Source of the DNA: Thermoanaerobaculia bacterium
GTDB taxonomy: Bacteria; Acidobacteriota; Thermoanaerobaculia; Multivoradales; UBA5704
NCBI GenBank assembly: GCA_044226625.1
Contig: JBGAGQ010000028.1
Location: forward strand, 6,282 to 70,281
Length of the DNA: 64,000 bases
Direction: 5' to 3'
Part shown: piece after piece, positions 19,453-29,695 of the stretch
Layout: each line of letters starts with the position of its first letter
Position numbering within the stretch: the stretch's first letter is position 1
Position numbers and translations under genes: made by a program
The notes under the pieces: generated by a model
What the model was told of the DNA's origin: nothing
What the model saw: only the letters and a program-made list of their open reading frames with translations
Databases searched by the model: none

Positions 19453-21764
19453 GGCGATCCGTCGCCCTCGCGCTCGTCGCGGTCGTTTCGGCAGCCTGTG
19501 CCCGTAACACTCCGCGCCCCGTGACACCGCGGCCAGCGCCGGGGAAAGTCGCTCCGAAACCGGCGCCGCAAGCTCCCAAGCCCGCCGAACCGAAGCCGAC
19601 CCCGGGCAAGCCGGCCTCCCCTCCGGTCGCTCCGAAGACCACGCCCCAACCGACCCCGAAAGTGGAGCCGCCGAAGGCGCCCGCACCGCCGCGCTCCGGA
19701 GCGCAGACTCGTCGCCTGCCGGGCGGAAATCCCTTGATCAAGATCGGGCTCGCGAGCGACATGCCCGCGGTGGTCCTCCCCTGCTGCGAAAGCGACGTAT
19801 CGGTGCAGGTCGGCAACGACCCCCGCCCGGTGGCGATCGCGTCGCCGATCCGCGTCGAACCGGCGGCCGGCGCGGCGGAGCTCGGCATCTATCGCATCCA
19901 GGTGGCGGCGCTGCGGGACGAAGGGCAGGCGGCCGGCCTGGCGGCGAGCCTCTCCACTCGATTGGGCCAGCCGGCCGATTCGCACTTCGATGCCGGCGGG
20001 GACCTCTACCGCGTCCGAGTCGGCAGCTATCCGACGAAAGAGGCGGCGGACGCCGATCTGAGGCGCCTTTCGAGCCTCGGTGTCACCGACGCCTGGGTGG
20101 TCTCGGAGGGCGCCCACGTCTCCTCCCCGGCGTTGCGCATCACCCAGAACGGTGAGAGCAAGGTCTATCCGGGACGGTGGCTCGCGGTGTACACCGGAGG
20201 CGGTCGTGGGATCGCGGTGGAGGGGAAGCGCTACCGTGGGCGCATCCTGGTCTTCCTGAACGACCGCGGATCGCTGAACCTGATCGACGAGCTGCCGCTC
20301 GAGGAGTATCTGCGCGGGGTCGTGCCGAGCGAGATGGGGCCGGAGCAATACCCCCGGATCGAGGCGATCAAGGCCCAAACCGTCGCCGCGCGGACCTACG
20401 CGCTACGCAACCTCGGTGAGTTCGCCCGCGAGGGGTACGACATCTGCGCCACGCCCCGTTGCCAGGTCTACGGCGGCATGGGGGTCGAGCATCCGGTCTC
20501 CGATCGCGCGATCTCGGAGACGGCGGGGCAGGTCCTGCTTTACGACGGCGAGCTGATCGACGCCCTCTACAGCTCGACTTGCGGCGGCCATACCGAGGAC
20601 GTGAGCGTGATGTTCCCGTTCAAGTCCGATCCGTATTTGAAGGCGGTCCCGTGCGTCGAAGCGGGGAGCGACACGCTCGAGGGGACCTATCCCGCCGGGG
20701 AGGCGTTTCCCGCGGGGCTCGCGCGGAGGCTCTTTCCTCCCGTGGCGGGCGCCGCTCCCGAAGAGAACCTGGAGGCCCGCCTCGAACACCTCGGTCTCCT
20801 GGCCGGCCTCGCGATGCCGGAGCAGCGCCTGGCATCGCTCGATCGGCGCGAGGTCCAGCGTTTTCTGTTTTCGGCGTTCGACCTCGCCCTCGACGCTCGC
20901 TTGTTGATGGCGCAGGAAGACATTGCCTATCTGCTCCAGGACGCTCCGCCGGGCTGGAGCGACGAGGACCGGATGCGGGCCGCCTACCTGCGCAAGGGCG
21001 GCCTCCTCGGAGGCTCGCTCGCGAACGCCGTGGGTGAAGAGGAGCAGGACGCCTTGTTGCTCGCCCTCGCGGAGCGGCTGCAGGTGATGCGCCGCGAGCC
21101 GGTGTCGTACCTGTCGGTCGCCGATGGCCAGATGGTCGTTCGAGCGGACAAGGAGGACCGGGTTCAGCTCCTACCGCAGTCGTTCGGAACCTTTCGGCGC
21201 ACCGGCGACCTGGTGTCCTCGGGGCCGCTGCGGCTGGTCGCGGGCGACCGGCTGACCTTCTACTGGCTCGGCGGCGCGCTCGCCGCGATCGTCCAGGACG
21301 TCGACCTCGAAGGGGTCGCGTTCGATCGGAGCAGCAAATTCTCCTCCTGGACTCGCTTTCGCAGCGACGCCCAGATCGCCAAGCAGATGCAGACGCGGTT
21401 TCCCGGCGTCGGCTTCTCGGGGCAGATGGAGATCCTCACCCGCGGCGCCTCCGGCCGCGTCGGGCAAGTCCGCATCTATGGCGACGGCACGAACGGCGGG
21501 CCGGCCAGCGTGGTGGTGGCGGGCCTGCCCATCCGCTGGACGTTGGACGTCCCCGACACCCTTTTCACGATGAAGCGGCTCGAGCCGCCGCAGGGCGAAA
21601 AAGGGTGGCTGTTCGTGGGACGGGGGTGGGGGCACGGCGTGGGCATGTGCCAGGTGGGCGCCTACGGCATGGCGCAACGAGGCCATACCTATCGCGAGAT
21701 CCTGCTCCACTATTACCGCGGGGCCGAGCTTGCGAGGTTGAAGCCGCCCCCAGGGGCTCCCTAA
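19449..21764 (+). CDS. SpoIID/LytB domain protein with SPOR domain (amidase-enhancer type)
   Basis: Pro/Lys-rich linker. SPOR-like YRIQVAALRDEGQA...YRVRVGSYPTKEAA. SpoIID blocks EEYLRGVVPSEM, AQTVAARTYAL, CATPRCQVYGG, SSTCGGHTED. Confidence 0.85.
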   Translation: MRRSVALALVAVVSAACARNTPRPVTPRPAPGKVAPKPAPQAPKPAEPKPTPGKPASPPVAPKTTPQPTPKVEPPKAPAPPRSGAQTRRLPGGNPLIKIGLASDMPAVVLPCCESDVSVQVGNDPRPVAIASPIRVEPAAGAAELGIYRIQVAALRDEGQAAGLAASLSTRLGQPADSHFDAGGDLYRVRVGSYPTKEAADADLRRLSSLGVTDAWVVSEGAHVSSPALRITQNGESKVYPGRWLAVYTGGGRGIAVEGKRYRGRILVFLNDRGSLNLIDELPLEEYLRGVVPSEMGPEQYPRIEAIKAQTVAARTYALRNLGEFAREGYDICATPRCQVYGGMGVEHPVSDRAISETAGQVLLYDGELIDALYSSTCGGHTEDVSVMFPFKSDPYLKAVPCVEAGSDTLEGTYPAGEAFPAGLARRLFPPVAGAAPEENLEARLEHLGLLAGLAMPEQRLASLDRREVQRFLFSAFDLALDARLLMAQEDIAYLLQDAPPGWSDEDRMRAAYLRKGGLLGGSLANAVGEEEQDALLLALAERLQVMRREPVSYLSVADGQMVVRADKEDRVQLLPQSFGTFRRTGDLVSSGPLRLVAGDRLTFYWLGGALAAIVQDVDLEGVAFDRSSKFSSWTRFRSDAQIAKQMQTRFPGVGFSGQMEILTRGASGRVGQVRIYGDGTNGGPASVVVAGLPIRWTLDVPDTLFTMKRLEPPQGEKGWLFVGRGWGHGVGMCQVGAYGMAQRGHTYREILLHYYRGAELARLKPPPGAP

Positions 21765-21838
21765 GCTCCGACGTTTCTAGACACAGCCCTTTGGCGAGAG
21801 AGGGAGGCGGCCCCGCGATCACCCGCGGAAAGCCAAAC

Positions 21839-22921
21839 CTAGGTTTCCCAGACGTGGTCGCGTCCCCGCCCTTCCTGTTTGCTCCGGTAGAGGGCCTGGT
21901 CTGCCTTCTCGGTCAGCTCCGAAAGGGAACGTCCATCCTTCGGGTAGGCCGCGATGCCGGTCGAGATCGACACCGGAAGCCTCGCCTCGCCCACGTCGAG
22001 CGGATGCCGTTCGAGGTAAGCCCGGACGCGGCGACAGTAGGCGAGCGCACCTTCGCTGGGGGTACCGGCCAGGCGGACGATGAACTCGTCGCCGCCGATC
22101 CGCGAGCAGAGGTCGTCGCCGCTTCGGGCCGCGCTTCGGATGCCGTCGGCGACGGTCCGAATCAGCTCCGAGCCCAGGGTGTGGCCGAAATTGTCGTTGA
22201 TTCGTTTGAGCCCGTCGACGTCGACCATGACGATCGAATAGGCGGAACCGAGCGAACCGCGCAGATCGGCCGAGGTGGTGAAGAACCGCAGGTTCGGCAG
22301 GCCGGTGAGCGCGTCCGTGTGCGCCGCCACGTAGAGCGAACGGTGAAGGCTCACGCCGAGGGGACCTGCCTCCGCACAGAAATAGGCGACCAGCCAGAGG
22401 CTGATCAGCGGCCAGACCAGATGTCCGACGAGCGCGGGCCACTCCTCGCTCGGTCCCACCCCGCCGAGGCGGCCGTCGAGCGGCAGCAGGACGGCGAGGA
22501 TCAGAATCGTCGCGAGGCCCGCCTTGGCGTAGGTCTGACGTCGCGCGGCCGCCGGGGCGCTCTCGTAGAGGACGATGTAGTAGAAGAAGAACAGCGGGCT
22601 TTCAGTGGCTCCGGAAAACAGCACCACGGCCGTGATCCAGAGCAGGTCGATTGCCCCTTCGATCCAGACCCGGCCGTCGACCGAGAAGCGGGCCAACAGG
22701 CGCGAGTGGAGGGTGAGCGTGTAGAGCATCATCACGCTCGCAAGGCTCCACAGTACCAATCGGTCCGCCCGCGGCTGGATCAGCGGGTAGAGGACGACCA
22801 GCGCCGAGGCGAGGTAGTGGAGGTTTCGAACCAGCAGAGAGTACGAACGGAACCGCTCCCGCTCGATCGCGGCGAGCGCGTTGGAAGGCTCGAACGACCG
22901 GGCCGAGTCCTGGGCGGGCAT
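21839..22921 (-). CDS. membrane-anchored diguanylate cyclase (GGDEF)
   Basis: Start MPAQDSARS at ATG 22921, in an ATGA overlap with the upstream stop. About 5 TM helices, then RIGGDEFIVRL. The track ORF's extra 114 N-terminal residues are Arg-rich shadow. Confidence 0.85.
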   Translation of the reverse strand: MPAQDSARSFEPSNALAAIERERFRSYSLLVRNLHYLASALVVLYPLIQPRADRLVLWSLASVMMLYTLTLHSRLLARFSVDGRVWIEGAIDLLWITAVVLFSGATESPLFFFYYIVLYESAPAAARRQTYAKAGLATILILAVLLPLDGRLGGVGPSEEWPALVGHLVWPLISLWLVAYFCAEAGPLGVSLHRSLYVAAHTDALTGLPNLRFFTTSADLRGSLGSAYSIVMVDVDGLKRINDNFGHTLGSELIRTVADGIRSAARSGDDLCSRIGGDEFIVRLAGTPSEGALAYCRRVRAYLERHPLDVGEARLPVSISTGIAAYPKDGRSLSELTEKADQALYRSKQEGRGRDHVWET

Positions 22922-24960
22922 CAGGCGGATCCTTCCGTCGAGCCGAGGGGCGGAGCCGCACCGTCCGGAACGGTTCGTACCTTGAGCGACGAGACCTCGC
23001 CGAAGATCGGATGGAGGTCCGCTTCCCACCCTCGTCGTAGGCGCTCGACCCTCGGAGCCATAGACGATTCTGACCCGGATTCGAGCGGAGGCCAAGAGAG
23101 GATCAGACGGCCGAGCCCGCGCTCCAAAAGTCGACGGGGAAGCCGGAGGCTCGAGCGGCGCCAGGAGCGTCCGGCCGCAAACTCTCCTAGAGCGGAGAGC
23201 GTCCCCGAAGATCCTCGGTAGGAGACGCGGACCGTGCTTTCCCGGTCCGACGCCGCGGGGCACCGGAGCACCGAGCGGATCTCGAGGTCGGTCTCTCCGG
23301 AGGAGATCAGCGCGAAGGCCGACTCGGGCCAGGGATAACGAAGGAAGGCCCGCCGCGGCAGGTCCTCGTGGTCAAACAGATCGGCGAACGGCAGCTCGAG
23401 CGGCTCCCACGGCCAGGGTGGTCGGGCGAGCTCGGTCCAGGCCGGCCCGATCGCGCGGCAGAGAATTCGGCGGTGCAGGATATCGGTGAGGCTCGAGCCC
23501 CTTTCAGCGAGGACGGTTCGGGCGGCTTCGAGCAGCGCGGCATCGAGGAAATCCCAACGCCAGCCGTGGGGAAGGCCGAGCCGGCAAGGGGAATCGAGGT
23601 TCCGCCGCTGTGCCGGCGTGAGGAGCGCCGGCACGGGGGAGGTCCTCGCCTCGATCAGGTCGCCGAGCGCTTGTTCCGCATGCGGCGAGAGCGCGAGCGC
23701 CTCGGTGAGGTAGGGGGCGAGGAATTCTCCCTTGTTCGAGAGCGGAAGGAGCCGATGCGCGCCGTGGATCGCCGCGCCGAGCCTGGCCGTAGCTTCCGTT
23801 TCCGCCGAGATCGGGAGCGCCCGGGCGTGGGACTCCAGGGTGGCGCGGTCGATCCCTTCGAACGTTTCGCCGAGGAACGGCAGGATCTCGCGGGCGATCG
23901 CCGCGGCGGCGATCCGGAGGCCCTCCGACGAGTGGTGGCAGTAATCGAGGAAGAAGCGGCGATCGGGAATCGGCGAGTCGGAGGCCTCAGCGAGTCGCTG
24001 GCGAAGGTCGACCCGAAGCCAGCCGTGGCGGTTCACCGCGGATTCAAGGATCTCCGCGCTCTGGGTGGTCGCCTGCGGCGCGCCGAGGTTCGCGATGGTC
24101 GGATACGTCGCGGCGTCGACCTCGGCGCGAAAAGCGGCTGCCGCGTCCTCCGAACGGCCGAGCTTTTCGAGCGCACGCCCCAACAGCCGGTAGCCGGTCG
24201 GGCAGAGTCCGCCGTCGATCTCGAGGAGCGCATGGGCGTAGCGCGCCGCCTCCCGCGCATCCTCCCGGTCGAGCGCGTCGCGTCCCTCGGCGAGCCGCCG
24301 GTGCCAGCGCATCGCGGTGGCACCTTCGAGGCCCGCCGGAGGTTGCAGGTTTTCCCAGCCGTCGAGGTTCACCTCGGGAATGACGACCACGACCGGGATT
24401 CCTATCGCGCGGGCGATGTCCGCGATCCGATCGAAGGCTGCCTCGGCGCGGTCGGCGATCCGTCGGCGCCCTTCCGCCACGACCGCGGCGACCGAACGGC
24501 TGAGCAGCTCGCCGAACGCGCGGCGCGCGGGCGGCGATGGGGCCGAGGCGGAGAGCTCCGGCGTCTCGAGCAGATTCCAGTTGTTGCCCGCCCAGATCAC
24601 CAAAATGTCGGGCTGAATCTGGATCGCCGCTTCGACCGTTCCGACCAGGCCGGCGAGCGTTTCATTGGTCCGCGCGAGGTCGACGACCTCCGTGAGCCCC
24701 GGAGCCGCGGCCTCCAAGGTGGCCGCGAGGATCTTCGCCGGGGTCACGGCCGGCGCGTAGAGGTATCCGGCGGCGACCGACTCGCCGAACAGGACCACGC
24801 GCAGCGGCAGCTCGGAGCGCTTCGGCCGCAGGATCGGCGCGTCGGCGAAGTGATCGCCCAAGGGAGACGGCTCCGGTCGGACGAAGACGGCGTCTCCGGA
24901 CGGGTCGAGCCGAGGTTTCCAGATGGAGATCGGCCGGGGTGGGCGGCGGGGCTCAGACAA
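22921..24960 (-). CDS. hypothetical protein with an SGNH-hydrolase-like N-terminal half and a TPR-like insert
   Basis: LFGESVAAG (block I-like), IWAGNNW (block III-like), DYCHHS (block V-like DxxH). The C-terminal ~300 aa are unassignable. The proposed start is a TTG overlapping the carbamoyltransferase stop, so the start is uncertain. Confidence 0.6.
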   Translation of the reverse strand: MSEPRRPPRPISIWKPRLDPSGDAVFVRPEPSPLGDHFADAPILRPKRSELPLRVVLFGESVAAGYLYAPAVTPAKILAATLEAAAPGLTEVVDLARTNETLAGLVGTVEAAIQIQPDILVIWAGNNWNLLETPELSASAPSPPARRAFGELLSRSVAAVVAEGRRRIADRAEAAFDRIADIARAIGIPVVVVIPEVNLDGWENLQPPAGLEGATAMRWHRRLAEGRDALDREDAREAARYAHALLEIDGGLCPTGYRLLGRALEKLGRSEDAAAAFRAEVDAATYPTIANLGAPQATTQSAEILESAVNRHGWLRVDLRQRLAEASDSPIPDRRFFLDYCHHSSEGLRIAAAAIAREILPFLGETFEGIDRATLESHARALPISAETEATARLGAAIHGAHRLLPLSNKGEFLAPYLTEALALSPHAEQALGDLIEARTSPVPALLTPAQRRNLDSPCRLGLPHGWRWDFLDAALLEAARTVLAERGSSLTDILHRRILCRAIGPAWTELARPPWPWEPLELPFADLFDHEDLPRRAFLRYPWPESAFALISSGETDLEIRSVLRCPAASDRESTVRVSYRGSSGTLSALGEFAAGRSWRRSSLRLPRRLLERGLGRLILSWPPLESGSESSMAPRVERLRRGWEADLHPIFGEVSSLKVRTVPDGAAPPLGSTEGSA

Positions 24961-26740
24961 ACGTGTAGAGCTCCTCCGAGATCGCGCTCTTACCCGAGGA
25001 AAAACCGCTTCGCCGTCGCTCGCGCCAAGCCGGGAGGAGTGTGCGCCAGACGGCCGGCAGATCCGCGCCGTCGACCAGGAAATCGCCGAGCACGAGCGCG
25101 TCCAGCCCGGCGTCCGCGGCGGTCAGGAGCGCGTCGGCCGGCGTCGCGACGATCGGCTCGTCGGCGACGTTGAAGGAGGTGTTCACCAGGATCGGGCAGC
25201 CCGTCCTGGCGGAGAACGCGCGAAGCAGCGCCGCGAAGCGGGGCGAGGATTCCGGGTCGACCGTCTGCGGCCGGGCTGAGCCGTCGACGTGCGTGATGCC
25301 GGGAAGCGCGATCGGCGACCGTACGGCGTAGGTCTCCAGCATGAAGGGAGACGGGTGGGGGAGATCGAAATGCACGTCGGCCGCCTCGGCAAGGACGCTC
25401 GGCGCGAACGGCCGGAACGACTCCCGTTTCTTGGTTCGGCGATTCAACCGGTCGCGAATCTCCGGATCGAGCGGATTGGCCAGAATGGAGCGATGGCCGA
25501 GCGCGCGAGGACCGTGCTCCATTCGCCCTTGGAACCAGCCGACGATCTGCCGGTTCGCCAGCCGATCCGCGACCTCGGTCAGAAGCTCCTCCTCGCGCCC
25601 GGAGAAGTCGGTGGCCGGAAGGCCCGCCGCGGCGACGGTCGCCGCGATTTCAGCCGGCGAGAACGACGGCCCGAGGTCGGCGCCTCGAAGAGGCCCGAAG
25701 ATCAGCGAGCCGGTGAGCTGTCGATGGGCGAGAGCCGCCGCCCCCAGGCAGCCTCCCGCGTCGCCGGCGGCGGGTTGGACGAACAGGCGGCGGAACGGAC
25801 CCTCGCGCCGGATGCGGCCGTTGGCGACGCAGTTGAGCGCAACGCCCCCCGCCATGCAGAGATCCGCCTCGCCCGTCTCCCGGCCGAGCCAGCGCGTCTT
25901 TTCGAGCAGGATCTCTTCGAGCAGCAGCTGCGCGCTCCGAGCGAGATCGCGATGTACGGGCAGAAGCTCCTCGCCTTTGCGGCGGGGCGGTATGCCGAGC
26001 AGATCCTCGAACGCGGGGCTCCACATCCGCGTCCCGGCGACGAAGTCGAAATAGGCGAGATCGAGCGCGAACCCGGGCCCCGGCTCGACCCGGATGGTTT
26101 GGGAGAGCTTGTCGAGGAGCCGCGGCTCGCCATACGGCGCGAGGCCCATCACCTTGTATTCGCCGTCGTTCACCGTGAAGCCGAGGTAGGAGGTGACGGT
26201 CGAGTAGAGCAGACCAAGCGAGTGCGGGAAGTCGACCGAGGCGAACAGGGAGAGATCTCCCGCCTCGCCGCGGCCGTAGGTCGTCGTCGCCCACTCCCCG
26301 ACGCCATCCACGGTGAAGGTCGCGGCCCGCTCGAAGCCGCTCCAGAAGTACGCGCTCGCCGCGTGGCAGAGGTGGTGGGGGAAGAAAAGGATCTCCCCTT
26401 CCCAGCCAAGCCGCTCGCGGATCGCCCGCTCCGGCGCGTCGGCGTCGGGGAGGATGATGTCCTCGCCGTCCCGCACCGGTCTTTGCCCTGAAGCCTGCGA
26501 CATTGCCCAGACCTGGCGCTCCCGCTTGAGGTGCGGCAGCTCGTAATAGGCGATCGCGTCGAGGTCGAGCAGGTCGAGCCCCTCGTGCTCGAGGCAGTAT
26601 CGGAACGCCTCGACCGGCAGGCGGGGATCGTGTTTGACCCGCGTGAACCTCTCCTCGGAAGCCGCGGCCGCGAGCCGACCGTCGCGCAGCAGGCAGCACG
26701 ACGACTCGTGGTAAAAGGCCGAAATGCCGAGGATGTTCAT
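24953..26740 (-). CDS. carbamoyltransferase (NodU/CmcH family)
   Basis: MNILGISAFYHESSCCLLRDGRL..EERFTRVKHD N-terminus and a C-terminal YrdC-like half typical of NodU/CmcH. 595 aa. Confidence 0.9.
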   Translation of the reverse strand: MNILGISAFYHESSCCLLRDGRLAAAASEERFTRVKHDPRLPVEAFRYCLEHEGLDLLDLDAIAYYELPHLKRERQVWAMSQASGQRPVRDGEDIILPDADAPERAIRERLGWEGEILFFPHHLCHAASAYFWSGFERAATFTVDGVGEWATTTYGRGEAGDLSLFASVDFPHSLGLLYSTVTSYLGFTVNDGEYKVMGLAPYGEPRLLDKLSQTIRVEPGPGFALDLAYFDFVAGTRMWSPAFEDLLGIPPRRKGEELLPVHRDLARSAQLLLEEILLEKTRWLGRETGEADLCMAGGVALNCVANGRIRREGPFRRLFVQPAAGDAGGCLGAAALAHRQLTGSLIFGPLRGADLGPSFSPAEIAATVAAAGLPATDFSGREEELLTEVADRLANRQIVGWFQGRMEHGPRALGHRSILANPLDPEIRDRLNRRTKKRESFRPFAPSVLAEAADVHFDLPHPSPFMLETYAVRSPIALPGITHVDGSARPQTVDPESSPRFAALLRAFSARTGCPILVNTSFNVADEPIVATPADALLTAADAGLDALVLGDFLVDGADLPAVWRTLLPAWRERRRSGFSSGKSAISEELYTFV

Positions 26741-26948
26741 GGGTTCCCGAGGGCCGGACCGCCGGCCAAGACTGCGGCGATTGGAGCCCGACTATTTTGC
26801 ATCCCGAGGGGTGTTTTGCAAGGCGGAGGGCGCCTTCTCTAAGAGGGGGCCGGAGAGCGGGCGAGAGCGGGGATCCGAGTGCGGATAAGATCCCGCCGCC
26901 TTCAGAGATCCGGAGGCCGCCTCAAAGCTCCCCAAGAAAGGTTCCCGC

Positions 26949-27596
26949 ATGGAAGCGCTCGGCCAACTGCTCGACTACTTTCTTCACTTGGACAAGTACC
27001 TGAACCAGGCGGTCGCCGCGCTCGGACCCTGGTTCTACGGCCTTCTTTTCACCATCGTCTTCTGCGAGACCGGTCTGGTGGTGACTCCGTTCCTGCCCGG
27101 CGATTCGCTCCTCTTCGCGGTCGGGGCGCTCGCCGCCTCGCAAGGGTCGCCGATCTCGCTCGGGCTCGCGATCGTCCTGTTGATGGTTGCCGCCATCTTG
27201 GGGGATGCGGTCAATTACGCGATCGGGTACAAGCTCGGACCGGCGGTCTTCCGGCGCGAGGACTCCCGCTGGCTGAACCGCAAGCATCTCGACGAGACAC
27301 AGCGCTTCTACGAGAAATACGGCGCCAAGACGATCGTGCTCGCCCGGTTCCTGCCGATCGTCCGCACCTTCGCCCCGTTCGTCGCCGGGATCGGCCGGAT
27401 GTCCTACCGCCGCTTTGCGGTCTACAACGTAGCGGGGGGAGTCGCCTGGGTCCTCCTGTTCACCCTCGCCGGCTATTTCTTCGGCGATCTGCCTTGGGTG
27501 AAGACGAACTTCCACTACGTCATCCTCGCCATCATCGTGCTGTCGGTGATCCCGCCGGTCCTGGAGATCTGGAAGGCCCGGCGAGGGCCCAAATGA
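26949..27596 (+). CDS. DedA family membrane protein
   Basis: VVTPFLPGDSLLFAVGAL and GAKTIVLARFLPIVRTFAPFVAG blocks. 215 aa. Confidence 0.85.
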   Translation: MEALGQLLDYFLHLDKYLNQAVAALGPWFYGLLFTIVFCETGLVVTPFLPGDSLLFAVGALAASQGSPISLGLAIVLLMVAAILGDAVNYAIGYKLGPAVFRREDSRWLNRKHLDETQRFYEKYGAKTIVLARFLPIVRTFAPFVAGIGRMSYRRFAVYNVAGGVAWVLLFTLAGYFFGDLPWVKTNFHYVILAIIVLSVIPPVLEIWKARRGPK

Positions 27597-27624
27597 AACG
27601 CACGAACGAGCTAAAGTAAGGCCG

Positions 27625-27984
27625 ATGCGAGTCGCTCCCGAAGAGTTCGAGGCGCTGGTCGCCAAAGCATTGGACGAGCTGCCGGAGGAGTTCGCGGCCC
27701 TGCTCGAAAACGTCGCGGTGGTGGTCGAGGAGGAGCCGACCGAGGAGGATCTCGCGTCGGTCGATCTCGACCCGGAGGACGACCTACTCGGTCTCTATCA
27801 AGGCGTGCCCCTGTCGGAGCGGGATTCGCTCTACGCCGCGCTGCCCGACCGGGTCGTCATCTATCGCGGACCGATCCTGCGCGCCTGTGAGTCGCGACGC
27901 GATGTGATTCGCGAGGTGCGCGATACTGTGGTCCACGAGTTGGGCCATCACTTCGGCCTCGACGAAGACGACATGCCGTACTGA
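27625..27984 (+). CDS. small zincin-like metallopeptidase family protein (DUF1025-type)
   Basis: 119 aa with an acidic N-terminal half and HELGHHFGLDEDDM (HExxH) at the C-terminus. Confidence 0.75.
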   Translation: MRVAPEEFEALVAKALDELPEEFAALLENVAVVVEEEPTEEDLASVDLDPEDDLLGLYQGVPLSERDSLYAALPDRVVIYRGPILRACESRRDVIREVRDTVVHELGHHFGLDEDDMPY

Positions 27985-28018
27985 GCCTCCGTCGAATCGA
28001 GACTCGAGGCGCGCCGCC

Positions 28019-29647
28019 GTGGGCAAGCTGAAAAAGCGACTGATCCTCCTGATCCTGGTCGCCCCGACGATTCTGGTTCTGGTATCCGCGCTGTTCTACA
28101 TGGCGGGGATGCGCCTCCTCGAAGGGCAGCCGCGAGGGTTCTGGGACAGCCTGTCCTGGGCCGCCGAGACCCTGACGACCACCGGCTATGGGGCCGATTC
28201 CCGTTGGCACCATCCGGCGATGGTGATCTTCGTCGCGCTCGTGCAGTTCGTCGGGGTCTTCCTGGTCTTCATGATCTTTCCGGTGTATCTGATCCCGGTC
28301 CTCGAGGAGCGTTTCCAGGCGCGGCTGCCGCGCCGGCTCGATCGGCGGCTCGAACGGCACGTCGTGATCTTCCGCTACGGGCCCGCGGTCGAAAGCCTGC
28401 TCGGCGAGCTCGCCGCGTCGGGGGTCGAGAGCCTGATCGTCGAGCCGGACGAAGGGACGGCGCGATCGGTGTTCGAGGCGGGGCGCAGGGTGTTGCACCT
28501 GGGATTCGGCGAGGGGCTCGCGGCGGCGGACCTGTCGAAATCGCGGGCCTTGATCGCGAACGGCACCGACGCGGAGAACGCGGCGGTGATCCTCGCCGCC
28601 CGGCAGGAAGGGTATGCCGGGCCGGTGCTCGCGATCGTCGAGGAGCCGTTCCACCGCCGGCCGATGATGCTCGCGGGCGCTTCGGCGACCTTTACGCCGC
28701 GGCACATCCTCGGCGCTTCGCTCGCCGCTCGGGCGTCGGCGCGGATCGATCCTCGGGTCGCGGGCCTTCACGAGCTCGGCCGCCGGCTCGAGGTGGTCGA
28801 GATGCAGATCGGCCCCGAGAGCCCGCTAGTCGGCGAGACGCTCGAAAGCGCCGCGGTTCGCACCCAGACCGGCGTGACGGTCCTCGGCCAATGGATCGAA
28901 GGTCGGCTCGTCGCGCCGCCGCCTCCCGGGATGAAGCTCGCCTCCCATGGAATCCTGGTGGCGATCGGACCGGCCGCCAGCCTCGACCGGCTGGGAGCTC
29001 TCGCCCGCGGACCGGTCGCGTTGCGGAGGAAAGGCCCTTTCCTCATCGCCGGCTACGGCGAGGTCGGACGCAAGGTGGCCGAGCTCCTGCGCGACGCGGG
29101 CGAGGAGGTCCGGGTGGTCGATCGCGAGCCCGCTTCGGGGGTGGACCAGGTCGGCAGCCTGCTCGACCCGTCGATCCTCGAACGGCTCGATCCGCGCAGC
29201 GCCCAGGCGGTGATCCTCGCGCTCTCGAGCGACAGCGCGACGCTGTTCGCGACCGTAATCGTGAAAGACCTGGCGCCCGAGGTGCCGGTGATCGCGCGGG
29301 TGAACGAGGCCGAGAACGTCGAGCGCATCCGCCGCGCGGGAGCCTATTTCGCCTTGTCGATCAGCCAGGTTTCGGGCCAGATGCTCGCGAGGAAGCTCCT
29401 CGGCCAGGAGGCCGTCGCCGTCGACCCACGGCTGGAGATCTTGAAGGTTCCGGTCGAAGGCCTCGCGGGGCTCGCGCCCGGCGACCTGTCGATCCGCGAA
29501 AAGACCGGCTGCACGGTGGTCGCCGTCGAGCGCGGCGAGGACGTCCTGGTCGAGTTCGGCCCGGACTTTCGCTTCGTTCAGGGGGACGGTGTGTACGTTT
29601 TCGGCACCACCCACGACGTCCGTCGCTTCGCGTCGCGCATGGGATAG
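28019..29647 (+). CDS. potassium channel protein with tandem RCK/TrkA domains
   Basis: Selectivity filter AETLTTTGYGAD after two TM helices. Two Rossmann-like RCK-N segments (HVVIFRYGP.., FLIAGYGEVGRKVA) with RCK-C segments. GTG start. Confidence 0.85.
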   Translation: MGKLKKRLILLILVAPTILVLVSALFYMAGMRLLEGQPRGFWDSLSWAAETLTTTGYGADSRWHHPAMVIFVALVQFVGVFLVFMIFPVYLIPVLEERFQARLPRRLDRRLERHVVIFRYGPAVESLLGELAASGVESLIVEPDEGTARSVFEAGRRVLHLGFGEGLAAADLSKSRALIANGTDAENAAVILAARQEGYAGPVLAIVEEPFHRRPMMLAGASATFTPRHILGASLAARASARIDPRVAGLHELGRRLEVVEMQIGPESPLVGETLESAAVRTQTGVTVLGQWIEGRLVAPPPPGMKLASHGILVAIGPAASLDRLGALARGPVALRRKGPFLIAGYGEVGRKVAELLRDAGEEVRVVDREPASGVDQVGSLLDPSILERLDPRSAQAVILALSSDSATLFATVIVKDLAPEVPVIARVNEAENVERIRRAGAYFALSISQVSGQMLARKLLGQEAVAVDPRLEILKVPVEGLAGLAPGDLSIREKTGCTVVAVERGEDVLVEFGPDFRFVQGDGVYVFGTTHDVRRFASRMG

Positions 29648-29666
29648 GGCTCGCCCGCGAGGAAAC

Positions 29667-29690
29667 CCGGCCGCCCCCTCGGGGGGCCGG
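29667..29690. terminator. GC-rich hairpin between convergent genes (possible bidirectional terminator)
   Basis: CCGGCCGCCCCC-TC-GGGGGGCCGG stem with one bulge. No clear U-tract. Confidence 0.3.
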
Positions 29691-29695
29691 TGCCC

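Noticed and set aside
26741-26948. Sigma54 promoter suggested by two TTTTGCA motifs in the carbamoyltransferase/dedA divergent region
   Set aside because: No GG dinucleotide lies at the required 12-nt offset upstream of either TTGCA.
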